Positions 48,870-56,471 of a stretch of 64,000 nucleotides of DNA are shown here, piece by piece (the first letter of the stretch is position 1; each line of letters begins with the position of its first letter). This DNA comes from Burkholderiales bacterium (GTDB taxonomy: Bacteria; Pseudomonadota; Gammaproteobacteria; Burkholderiales; Ga0077523). The position numbers and the translations under genes are program-made. The notes beneath the pieces are model-generated. The model searched no databases. It was not told the DNA's origin and saw only the letters and a list, made by a program, of their open reading frames with translations. The DNA lies in assembly GCA_965279325.1 (NCBI GenBank), contig OZ257154.1, positions 4,865,340 through 4,929,339 of the forward strand, given 5' to 3'.

Positions 48870-49352
48870 TCAACGCGAGTCGAGGGCTTCCTCGATGGCT
48901 TCCCGCTCCAGCGTCTGCTGCAGCAGGCGCTCGAGCATGTCGACGCGTTGTTCCATCTTCTTGTGCATCTTCATCATGCCGCCCCCTTTCATCATGTCCC
49001 CGTCCTTCTTCTCCGGCGGTTTCATGGCGGTCTTCATGCTCGCCCCCTGGCTGCGCAGCCGCTTCATCTGGTCGAGCAGCGCGCGCAGGTGTTCCCCGAG
49101 CAGCGCGCGCTTGCGATCGGGCTCTTCGGCCTGCTGAATCTGCTTCATCGAGGCTTCGATGCGCTGCATGTTCTCCTGCAACGGATCGGATTTCGCCGCG
49201 CCGTGGTCATGTTCGGCCGGTGGTGCCGCCTCCTCGGGTTGGCCGGCAGGCGGATGATGGGCCGAGTGATCTTCCTCTTCCGCGGCCTGGGTGACGGCAG
49301 CCGGTGCCGCGCAGATCAGACCGAGGGTGAGCAATAGTGATGATGGCTTCAT
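48870..49352 (-). CDS. Periplasmic His/Met-rich helical protein (possible metal-binding or CpxP/Spy-like)
   Basis: Signal peptide MKPSSLLLTLGLICAAPAAVTQA, EEDHSAHHPP...AEHDHG, DGDMMKGGGMMKMHKKM, and coiled-coil-like heptads. A GGAGG Shine-Dalgarno lies upstream. Confidence 0.55.
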   Translation of the reverse strand: MKPSSLLLTLGLICAAPAAVTQAAEEEDHSAHHPPAGQPEEAAPPAEHDHGAAKSDPLQENMQRIEASMKQIQQAEEPDRKRALLGEHLRALLDQMKRLRSQGASMKTAMKPPEKKDGDMMKGGGMMKMHKKMEQRVDMLERLLQQTLEREAIEEALDSR

Positions 49353-49701
49353 GGTGCACCTCCTTCGGAAGCCGATGCTCCGTCCACAGCGACCGTACTG
49401 AAAAGCACCCGACGTGGAATCGGCGGTTTCCGCAAGGTGCAGCGTAAGCCGCCGGAGCGGCCACCCATTGACGCAGGTCAAGGGACGACGATCCGGCGTG
49501 CGCGAATCACTCGGGATACTTGATCGTCGTCGTCCCGATCGTTACGTGGCCACCGCACGCGTTTTTTCATCGACCCTTGATCCATCACAGGAGGAAAGGC
49601 GCGGTGCATGGCCTATGCTTGCGCGAATCACTGGATGAGCGGGTGATACACCCATGGTGTGTCCGCGCCTTCGATCTGGGCCGGAATTCAAGGGGGACGT
49701 C

Positions 49702-50334
49702 ATGAGCTTTACATACGAGCATCCGATCCGCATCGGTTCGGTGCTGCTCGCTGCGATCCTGGCATGGAGCAGTTCGGCCATGGCGCAATCGGATCAGGCG
49801 ATCTCCGAGGCCGCCTTGCGCGAGCCCTGGAATCTCGAACTCGCGGTCCTGCAATCGCTGGCGGCCACGATGTCCACGGCCGACGCCGGCACTCGCACCC
49901 GGCTCGACCCTGTGCTCACCTTGCTCGAGACCGATCTCGCGAAGTTCGAGGAGCGGGTGGACCGTGTGATCGACCGTGTCGTGGGCGATCCGCAGTTCTC
50001 CTACGCTGCCGCGGAAGTTTCGCAGGAGCTGGCGGTTCGGATCGGCGAAGTCCACGCGCGATTCGAGACGCTGTACGCCACGCTCGATGCGGGGAACCGT
50101 ACGGATGTGCGGGAGGCGCAGGCTTCGCTGGAGTCGCTTCGGCAGACTCTGGAAGCCAGGGTGCACTTCGAGCGCGACGTCGTGGGCGCACTCGGTTCGG
50201 GATCCCGCCAGCAGATCGTGGAACTCGCGACGCGCTGGTGGTACGGCGAGGAAAGGGCGATCGCGGTGAAGCGCGAGGTGGCGGACCTGCGCCGGAAGCT
50301 GGGGGCCGGAGCCGAAGGCGACAAGACCCACTGA
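49702..50334 (+). CDS. Exported helical hypothetical protein
   Basis: MSFTYEHPIRIGSVLLAAILAWSSSAMA signal-like N-terminus, then a Leu/Glu/Arg-rich helical body. A GGGGGA Shine-Dalgarno lies upstream. No family recognised. Confidence 0.5.
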   Translation: MSFTYEHPIRIGSVLLAAILAWSSSAMAQSDQAISEAALREPWNLELAVLQSLAATMSTADAGTRTRLDPVLTLLETDLAKFEERVDRVIDRVVGDPQFSYAAAEVSQELAVRIGEVHARFETLYATLDAGNRTDVREAQASLESLRQTLEARVHFERDVVGALGSGSRQQIVELATRWWYGEERAIAVKREVADLRRKLGAGAEGDKTH

Positions 50335-50486
50335 CGAATCGACGGGTGCGGCCGGCGTGGTCATCGAAACGCTGGTCCGATGCGCGTGCACTGCACCGGT
50401 GCGTGGATGGACAGCGACGATGGGGACCGGCACGATTCGAGCGGCCACGAGCACCCGGCCCGGGTGCGGCCCACCGGAGAGAAGCC

Positions 50487-51125
50487 TTGTACCGACTGCA
50501 CTACGCGCCCGGCTACAGCAGCATGGCGCCGCACATGGTCCTGCGTCACATCGGCGCGCCTTTCGAGCTGGTGGTCGTGGACACGGCCAACGGCGAGCAT
50601 CTGCGCGAGCCGTTTCTTCGGCTCAATCCGCTCGGCCGTATCCCGGTGCTGGAGGACGGGCCACTCGTGCTGACCGAGTCCGCGGCGATCTGCCTGCATC
50701 TGGCGGACCAGCATCCCGAAGCGGGATTGATGCCGCCGGTCGGCACTCCGGAGCGGGCCGAGCTGTATCGCTGGCTTTTCTACCTCAGCAACACGCTGCA
50801 GGCGGAAATGTTCACCTGGTTCTATCCGGATCGGTTGACCGACGACGAAGCGGCCGCTGTGCAGGTGAAGGCGCATGCGGAAACCCGGATCGCGGGAATG
50901 TTCGACTACCTCGCAGATCACTTGTCGATGCGCGGGCCGAATCTCTGCGGCGATCGTTTCACGGTGGCGGACCCGTTCCTGGTGATGCTCACGTACTGGG
51001 CGCTCGACATGAAGCGCCCGGCTCGGGAGGTGACGCATCTCGGCGACTACCTGACGAGGCAGACGGAGGTTCCGTCGGTTCGCGCGGCCCTGGATGCGGA
51101 GGGGTTGGTCGGACCGTGGTTCTGA
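50487..51125 (+). CDS. Glutathione S-transferase
   Basis: (M)YRLHYAPGYSSMAPHMVL...NPLGRIPVLEDGPLVLTESAAICLHLA is a GST N-terminal thioredoxin-like motif. TTG start with a GGAGAG Shine-Dalgarno. Confidence 0.8.
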   Translation: MYRLHYAPGYSSMAPHMVLRHIGAPFELVVVDTANGEHLREPFLRLNPLGRIPVLEDGPLVLTESAAICLHLADQHPEAGLMPPVGTPERAELYRWLFYLSNTLQAEMFTWFYPDRLTDDEAAAVQVKAHAETRIAGMFDYLADHLSMRGPNLCGDRFTVADPFLVMLTYWALDMKRPAREVTHLGDYLTRQTEVPSVRAALDAEGLVGPWF

Positions 51126-51192
51126 ACGTAGACAGGCGCTAGGCTCGAACGAGAGCTGCTGCCGCGGCGCCCGGACCGCGGCGTTGCGGCCT

Positions 51193-52143
51193 TCAGGCAA
51201 CCGCCCGCCGTCGTAGCGGCGGCACATTCGGCGCGATGCGTTCCACCGCCGACGGCAGTGTCGTGAGGACGACCTCCGCCAGCCGCTTGATCGTCTTCTC
51301 GCGCGGATAGCGGTGCCGCCACGCGATGCCGATCACGCGATAAGGTACTGGTGCCTTGAAGGGACGGATCTGCACGAGCCCATCGCGTACCGAGCTCACG
51401 CCCGGCAGCGTCGCGAGCGCGGGCAGCAACGTACAGCCCACGCCCGCCGCCACCATCTGGCGCAGGGTTTCGAGGCTGGTGGCTTTCAGTTCCTCACGAT
51501 CGTGCGACGTCGTGGTGCCGCAGATCGCCAGCGCCTGATCCCGCATGCAGTGTCCTTCCTCGAGCAACAGCACGTTCTGGCCGGCCAGCTCGCCTTCCTC
51601 GATCTCCTGATTGTGTCCGAGCGGATGGCCTGCCGGCAGCGCCATGCAGAACGGCTCGCGAAACAGTTCGATGAATTCGAGGTCGTCTCCGTGAACCGGC
51701 AACGCGAGCAGCAGCGCATCGAGTCGGCCTTGACGCAACCGCTCCAGCAGATTGGCCGTGAGATCCTCGCGCAGGAACAGCCGCAACTTCGGATACGCCT
51801 CACGTATGGTCGGTATCAGGTGAGGTACGAGGTAGGGGCCGAGGGTGGGGATCACGCCCAGGCGCACGGCGCCGTCCATCGGATCGTCTCCCTGGCGCGC
51901 AAGTTGCCGGATCTGTTCCACCACGTCGAGCGCGATCCGCGCGCGTTCGATGATGTGTTCCCCGACCGGGGTCGGCAGCAGGTAGTGCTTGTTGCGTTCG
52001 AACAGCGTGACGCCGAGATAGTCCTCCAGCTTCTTGAGCTGCGTGCTTACGGTGGGTTGCCCCACGTGACAGGCCTCGGCGGCGCGGACGAAACGCCCCT
52101 GGTCCGCGACCGCAACGAGATAACGTAGCTCTTTCAACGTCAT
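51193..52143 (-). CDS. oxyR: LysR-family hydrogen-peroxide-responsive regulator OxyR
   Basis: MTLKELRYLVAVADQGRFVRAAEACHVGQPTVSTQLKKLE (HTH) and LLEEGHCMRDQALAIC, which carries the two redox Cys spaced as in OxyR C199/C208. Confidence 0.85.
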   Translation of the reverse strand: MTLKELRYLVAVADQGRFVRAAEACHVGQPTVSTQLKKLEDYLGVTLFERNKHYLLPTPVGEHIIERARIALDVVEQIRQLARQGDDPMDGAVRLGVIPTLGPYLVPHLIPTIREAYPKLRLFLREDLTANLLERLRQGRLDALLLALPVHGDDLEFIELFREPFCMALPAGHPLGHNQEIEEGELAGQNVLLLEEGHCMRDQALAICGTTTSHDREELKATSLETLRQMVAAGVGCTLLPALATLPGVSSVRDGLVQIRPFKAPVPYRVIGIAWRHRYPREKTIKRLAEVVLTTLPSAVERIAPNVPPLRRRAVA

Positions 52144-52381
52144 GGCTGTCTCCCCCACGTTTCGTGTGTTTTATCTCCGGTCGATTGCGGCTTACCCCAA
52201 GCCTCCCGACAACCCCTCGACCGAATCCTCCGGACGTCGTCCAGCGCGAGCCACCTCCGGTTCGGCCCCCGTGCGACGCCATCGGCAATCTACCCATTCC
52301 CCGCACATGAGGGAATAAGAAAACACGCCTCCATTGACGTTATCGATAGTAGATATCGAGTGCCGCGTTGATACATCCGTT

Positions 52382-52459
52382 TCGATATCCAACATTCAAA
52401 CATTGAATTTGCGGGCCAATGACGATGTTTGGTTCACTAGGGGAGGTGAAGAACGCGTA
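52382..52459. promoter_or_regulatory. AT-rich control region with TCGATA/TATCGA half-sites and an ATTCAA-ACA-TTGAAT palindrome
   Basis: TATCGATA (52441..52448), TCGATA-GTAGA-TATCGA (52443..52459), TCGATATC (52382..52389) and the palindrome at 52394..52408. All lie 30-110 nt upstream of the ATG at 52492. Confidence 0.45.
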
Positions 52460-52491
52460 GCAGTGCGACAAGAAAAAGGGGAGATCGGTCG

Positions 52492-53211
52492 ATGAAGCGC
52501 ACTCTGTCTGCAGCGAACTGTCTGTTTCTCGTCACTTCGTCGTTGCTGGGTGCATCTGCCCAAAGCTATGACGTCGTCACGGTCTCCGGCGGCGGTTCGA
52601 TCGAAGGCAAGGTCATCTACCAGGGTGCCGTGCCGATCAAGAAGATCATTCCGACCAAGGACAAGGAAGTGTGCGGCAGTGCGCGCGACGAGCCGCAGGT
52701 GCGCGTCGGTGGGGACAAGAGTGTCCAGGACGCCGTGGTCTATCTGAAGGAAGTGCCCAAGGGCAAGGCCTGGGGCAAGCAGGATGCGGCTCCGGTGCTG
52801 GATCAGGAGCACTGCCAGTTCCATCCCGCGGTGCAGGTGATCCGCGCCGGCCCCGTCGACGTGCTCAACTCCGATCCCGTGCTGCACAACACGCACGGTT
52901 TCTACGGCAAGCGCACGGCCTTCAATCTCGCGCTGCCCAACAAGGGCGTCAAGATAGCCGCGGATCTGCCCAGGCCGGGGCTGGTGCGAGTCGAATGCGA
53001 CGCGCACGGCTGGATGCTGGCTCACATCTACGTGGCGGACAGCCCCTACTACGCACTCACCGGCAAGGACGGCGGCTTCAGTCTGGCCGACGTGCCGCCC
53101 GGAGACTACACGCTGGTGGTGTCGCAGTACTTCCTCGGCGACCAGGAGATACCGGTGACGGTCAAGGGTGGTGAGACCGTCAAGCTCCCGGTCGAACTCA
53201 AGAAGAAATAG
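52492..53211 (+). CDS. Exported cupredoxin-like protein with a C-terminal CarboxypepD_reg-like beta-sandwich
   Basis: Signal peptide MKRTLSAANCLFLVTSSLLGASA. Candidate type-1 Cu ligands are H132/H135 (LHNTHG), C169, H172 and M175 (ECDAHGWM). C-terminus GFSLADVPPGDYTLVV. An AAGGGGAG Shine-Dalgarno lies upstream. Confidence 0.6.
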   Translation: MKRTLSAANCLFLVTSSLLGASAQSYDVVTVSGGGSIEGKVIYQGAVPIKKIIPTKDKEVCGSARDEPQVRVGGDKSVQDAVVYLKEVPKGKAWGKQDAAPVLDQEHCQFHPAVQVIRAGPVDVLNSDPVLHNTHGFYGKRTAFNLALPNKGVKIAADLPRPGLVRVECDAHGWMLAHIYVADSPYYALTGKDGGFSLADVPPGDYTLVVSQYFLGDQEIPVTVKGGETVKLPVELKKK

Positions 53212-53263
53212 TGCCGGCGGCGACCGGCGTAGCACCTACCGCAGCTCAAAGGAGGACATTCAG

Positions 53264-54388
53264 ATGAGCGAACGTGAACGGATGCGACGCGAGATGGACC
53301 GCATGCTGCGGCCGGCGGGAGAACATCCCGACGCCTGTACCTCGATCACCCGCAGGACTTTCCTGCACAAGTCGGCCGTGCTCGGCACCGGCGTGGCCGC
53401 GTGTGGCCTGTTCCCGAGCTTGAGCACCATCGATCTCGCCTTCGGCGCGGACGGACCGGCCTTCAAGTTCGCGTGGATTTCCGATACGCATCTCTATCCC
53501 AAGGAGCTGAATTCCCGCTTCGTGGAGAAGACGGTTCGTGCGGTGAAGGAAGTGCAGGCGATGAATCCGCCGGCCGATTTCCTCGTCTTCGGCGGCGACA
53601 TCGCCCAGCTCGGCGACCCGGTGGAGTTGCGCCTGGGGGCGGAGCTGCTGAAGGAGATCAAGATCAAGAAGGTCTACATCCCGGGCGAGCACGACTGGTA
53701 CCTGGACATGGGCGCGACCTGGAACAAGATGTTCGGCGCGTCGCCCTGGACGTTCGATCACAAGGGCGTGCGCTTCATCGGACTCGACACCGTCAGTCGC
53801 GCAGAGGATTTCTGGACATCGAGAAAGATGTCGCCGAAGGAGCGCATGGGCCACATGGCGACCCTCGACGGTACGCTGGGCGGCGCCTGGGCCGCGGTCG
53901 GTCCCGAGCAGCTCAAGTGGCTCAACAGCACGCTGGCGAGCTGGCCCAAGGACAAGCCGGTGATCATCTTCACCCACAACCCGCTGTGGGAGTACTACCC
54001 GCCGTGGAACTTCTGGGTGCGCGACTGGCGCGAGACGCAGGAGATCCTGAAGCCCTTCGCCAACGTCACCAACATCCATGGTCACGTGCACCAGCCGCTC
54101 TACAACGAGATCGGGAAAGTGCGCTCGATCGGGATGCTCGCGACCTCCTGGCCGTGGCCCTATGCGCCCGAAGGTGCTCCGCCTTTGACCAAGCCGATGA
54201 TCCGCGTCGACCCGGGTGATCATTTCGACGGCGTGGGCTGGGGCAAGTTGAGCATGTCGGGTGCGGCGAAGATCGACGGCGAATACATGATGTGGCGCAA
54301 GGAGGTGTTCGCTTCGGCGGACGTGGATTCCGGCACGGGCGACAACCGCAACCAGGTGCTGACCCCGCGGATCGCGGACCGTCCATGA
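53264..54388 (+). CDS. Tat-exported calcineurin-like metallophosphoesterase
   Basis: Twin-arginine motif TRRTFLHKSAVLG. Metallophosphoesterase motifs are ISDTH, FGGDI, PGEHDW (Glu where GNHD/E usually has Asn), FTHNP and GHVH. An AAGGAGG Shine-Dalgarno lies upstream. Confidence 0.75.
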   Translation: MSERERMRREMDRMLRPAGEHPDACTSITRRTFLHKSAVLGTGVAACGLFPSLSTIDLAFGADGPAFKFAWISDTHLYPKELNSRFVEKTVRAVKEVQAMNPPADFLVFGGDIAQLGDPVELRLGAELLKEIKIKKVYIPGEHDWYLDMGATWNKMFGASPWTFDHKGVRFIGLDTVSRAEDFWTSRKMSPKERMGHMATLDGTLGGAWAAVGPEQLKWLNSTLASWPKDKPVIIFTHNPLWEYYPPWNFWVRDWRETQEILKPFANVTNIHGHVHQPLYNEIGKVRSIGMLATSWPWPYAPEGAPPLTKPMIRVDPGDHFDGVGWGKLSMSGAAKIDGEYMMWRKEVFASADVDSGTGDNRNQVLTPRIADRP

Positions 54389-54426
54389 CGAAACGCAGCG
54401 CAACCAGGTCAAGAGGAGGGGACAAG

Positions 54427-54885
54427 ATGACTCGCAAATGGTTTCGCTATTCGCTCATCGCGGCAGGCATCGCGGCGTTGATCGTCGGCGGCGGCAGCGC
54501 GCACCTGGCGTTTGCCCACAAGGAGAAGCATTCGAGCGAACAGTTGCAGGCCTTCGAGGACGTGTTCATCGAACAGGTGAAGACCGGCGACCTGCTGTTC
54601 CATGGCGACGGAGCCACGGAGAAACGGCTCGGCGTGAAGCTCTCCAACACGGGAATGGCCTGTGCGATGTGCCATCCGTTCACGTCGGATACGCATCCGC
54701 ACGAGTTCCCGAAGTTCCAGGAACAGATGAACGAGTTCGCGGCGCTGCGCAACATGATCAACTGGTGCATCGAGAAGCCGAACGAGGGCGAGAAGATCGA
54801 TCCGGACGGCGAGGCGATGAAGGCGCTGGAAGCCTACATCTACTGGTCGAACCGCAACTCGAAGTTGGACCCCGGGCGGCACTGA
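54427..54885 (+). CDS. Membrane-anchored or exported monohaem cytochrome c
   Basis: N-terminal hydrophobic segment. Single CAMCH (C79, C82, H83) followed by FPKFQEQMNEFAALRNMINWCIEKP (C114). An AGAGGAGGGG Shine-Dalgarno lies upstream. Confidence 0.8.
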   Translation: MTRKWFRYSLIAAGIAALIVGGGSAHLAFAHKEKHSSEQLQAFEDVFIEQVKTGDLLFHGDGATEKRLGVKLSNTGMACAMCHPFTSDTHPHEFPKFQEQMNEFAALRNMINWCIEKPNEGEKIDPDGEAMKALEAYIYWSNRNSKLDPGRH

Positions 54886-54889
54886 TCCG

Positions 54890-54925
54890 TCGATTCCCTC
54901 CGTCGCTCAGGCGGTGGAGGGAATC
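54890..54925 (+). promoter_or_regulatory. Strong intercistronic stem-loop between the cytochrome c gene and ccoN
   Basis: CGATTCCCTCC-(14 nt)-GGAGGGAATCG, an 11-bp perfect stem starting 5 nt after the stop. No U tract follows. Confidence 0.5.
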
Positions 54926-55034
54926 GGTTGGTGACCGGGAGGATGCGTCCATGACCCGCTCGGCGTGCAGCCGGCGCGGTGGGGACGCTCGCACCAGACG
55001 ACGAACAGGAAATCGCCAGTGAGGAGCCCAGACG

Positions 55035-56471
55035 ATGGCCAGTGCAGGTGAAGCCCAAGCCGCGTTCCCGGATCTCGATTCGCTGATCGACCGGGAACTC
55101 ATCCTGAAGTGGCTGTACTGGGGTCTGTTCTGGCTGATGTTCACGCCCACGATCGGCGTGACCATCTCGACGCTGTTCAACTATCCCGACTATCTCGGCA
55201 GCTCGCCGTACCTCACGTTCGGGCGGTTGCGGCCGATGCACGTGAACGGCGTGATCTTCGGCGCCTTCTCCACCCTGTTCATCGGGCTGTGCTACTACCT
55301 GCTGCCGCGCCTGTGCGGCGTGCGCATCTGGAACGGTCACTGGGGGCACTGGCTGGTGTGGGTGTGGAACCTCGGGCTGGCCGCGGGGATGCTCTCGCTG
55401 TTCCTCGGCTACAACCAGGGCCTCGAGGCCGGCGAGTTTCCGCTGCCGATCGACGCGCTGATCTTCGTCGTGCTCACCATCGTCACGGTGCAGTTCCTCG
55501 TGACCATCGCCAGGCGCCGCGAGCCGCAGCTCTACGTGGCGCTGTGGTACCTCATCGGTGCCTTCGTCTGGACGGTGATCAACCTGATCCTGGGCAGCTT
55601 CATCCTTCCCTACTCGTTCACCGGGATCAACAGCGCGGCGTTCCACGGCCTGTTCATCCACTACATCGTCGGCCTGTGGATCACGCCGGCGGGTTACGTG
55701 CTGATCTACTACTTCCTCCCGGCCAGCGTCAGGAACCCCGTGTACAGCCACAAACTGTCCCTCGTCGGTTTCTGGTCGCTGGCTCTGTTCTATCCGTTCG
55801 TGGGCATCCACCACTACCTGTTCAGTCCCATCGCGGACTGGGCGGAGACGCTCGCGATCATCACCTCCATGCTGCTGATCGTGCCGGTGTGGACCGTGTT
55901 GCAGAACTTCTTCGGAACGATGATTGGCCGATGGCACACCTTCGGGACCAACCTGACGGCGAAGTTCATGATCATGGGCTCGCTCATGTACCTCGTCGGC
56001 TGCTTCCAGGGCTCGACCGAGGCATTGCGCTCGATCCAGGAACCCACCCACTTCAGCGATTTCGTCATCTCGCATTCGCACCTGACGGTGTTCGGCACCT
56101 TCGTCGTGTGGGCCATCGGCGGCACGGTCTACGTGATTCCCAAGCTGGCAGGCCGACCGTTGTGGTCGTTCAAGATGGGCAACTGGTCCTTCTGGCTCAT
56201 CACCTGCGGCATCTCGCTCATGGGACTGGATCTGACCATGGCGGGTCTGCAGCAGGGCTACATGCTGATGGCCGGCGCGGAGTGGCTCGACACGCTCGTG
56301 GCGATCAGGCCCTACTGGCTGATACGAACCGTCGCCGGCGCCAGCATGGACATCGGCATGTCGTTGCTGGTGATCAACCTGATGCGCACCGTGCTTTCCG
56401 CGTCCAGTGCGGCAGCGGCGGTCTCGCGACCTTCGCCCGGTAACGCTGCAACGCAGGGAGCGGCGTCATGA
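55035..56471 (+). CDS. ccoN: cbb3-type (C-family) haem-copper oxidase subunit I, divergent
   Basis: Twelve-helix protein colinear with CcoN. H69 (haem b), H209 (CuB), Y253 six residues before H259/H260 (cross-link Tyr and CuB), H347/H349 (b3 and b). The helix-VI signature reads FHGLFIHYIVGL. Confidence 0.85.
   Translation: MASAGEAQAAFPDLDSLIDRELILKWLYWGLFWLMFTPTIGVTISTLFNYPDYLGSSPYLTFGRLRPMHVNGVIFGAFSTLFIGLCYYLLPRLCGVRIWNGHWGHWLVWVWNLGLAAGMLSLFLGYNQGLEAGEFPLPIDALIFVVLTIVTVQFLVTIARRREPQLYVALWYLIGAFVWTVINLILGSFILPYSFTGINSAAFHGLFIHYIVGLWITPAGYVLIYYFLPASVRNPVYSHKLSLVGFWSLALFYPFVGIHHYLFSPIADWAETLAIITSMLLIVPVWTVLQNFFGTMIGRWHTFGTNLTAKFMIMGSLMYLVGCFQGSTEALRSIQEPTHFSDFVISHSHLTVFGTFVVWAIGGTVYVIPKLAGRPLWSFKMGNWSFWLITCGISLMGLDLTMAGLQQGYMLMAGAEWLDTLVAIRPYWLIRTVAGASMDIGMSLLVINLMRTVLSASSAAAAVSRPSPGNAATQGAAS

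Noticed and set aside
49520-49705. A 61-aa plus-strand ORF in the divergent intergenic region.
   Set aside because: It has no Shine-Dalgarno and overlaps the repeat and inverted-repeat motifs. Its composition is atypical, so it is treated as non-coding.
52192-52395. A 67-aa minus-strand ORF inside the oxyR / oxidase-locus intergenic region.
   Set aside because: It has no Shine-Dalgarno. Its first half uses AT-rich codons that are atypical for this genome, and it simply reads through the palindromic regulatory motifs. It is more likely non-coding.
52144-55034. An FNR/ANR box (TTGAT-N4-ATCAA) or OxyR tetrad (ATAG-N7-CTAT repeated) upstream of the oxidase genes.
   Set aside because: I scanned both intergenic regions by eye. 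Only partial half-sites turned up (for example TTGACGTTATCGAT and ATAG-N7-CGAG), and none is good enough to call.
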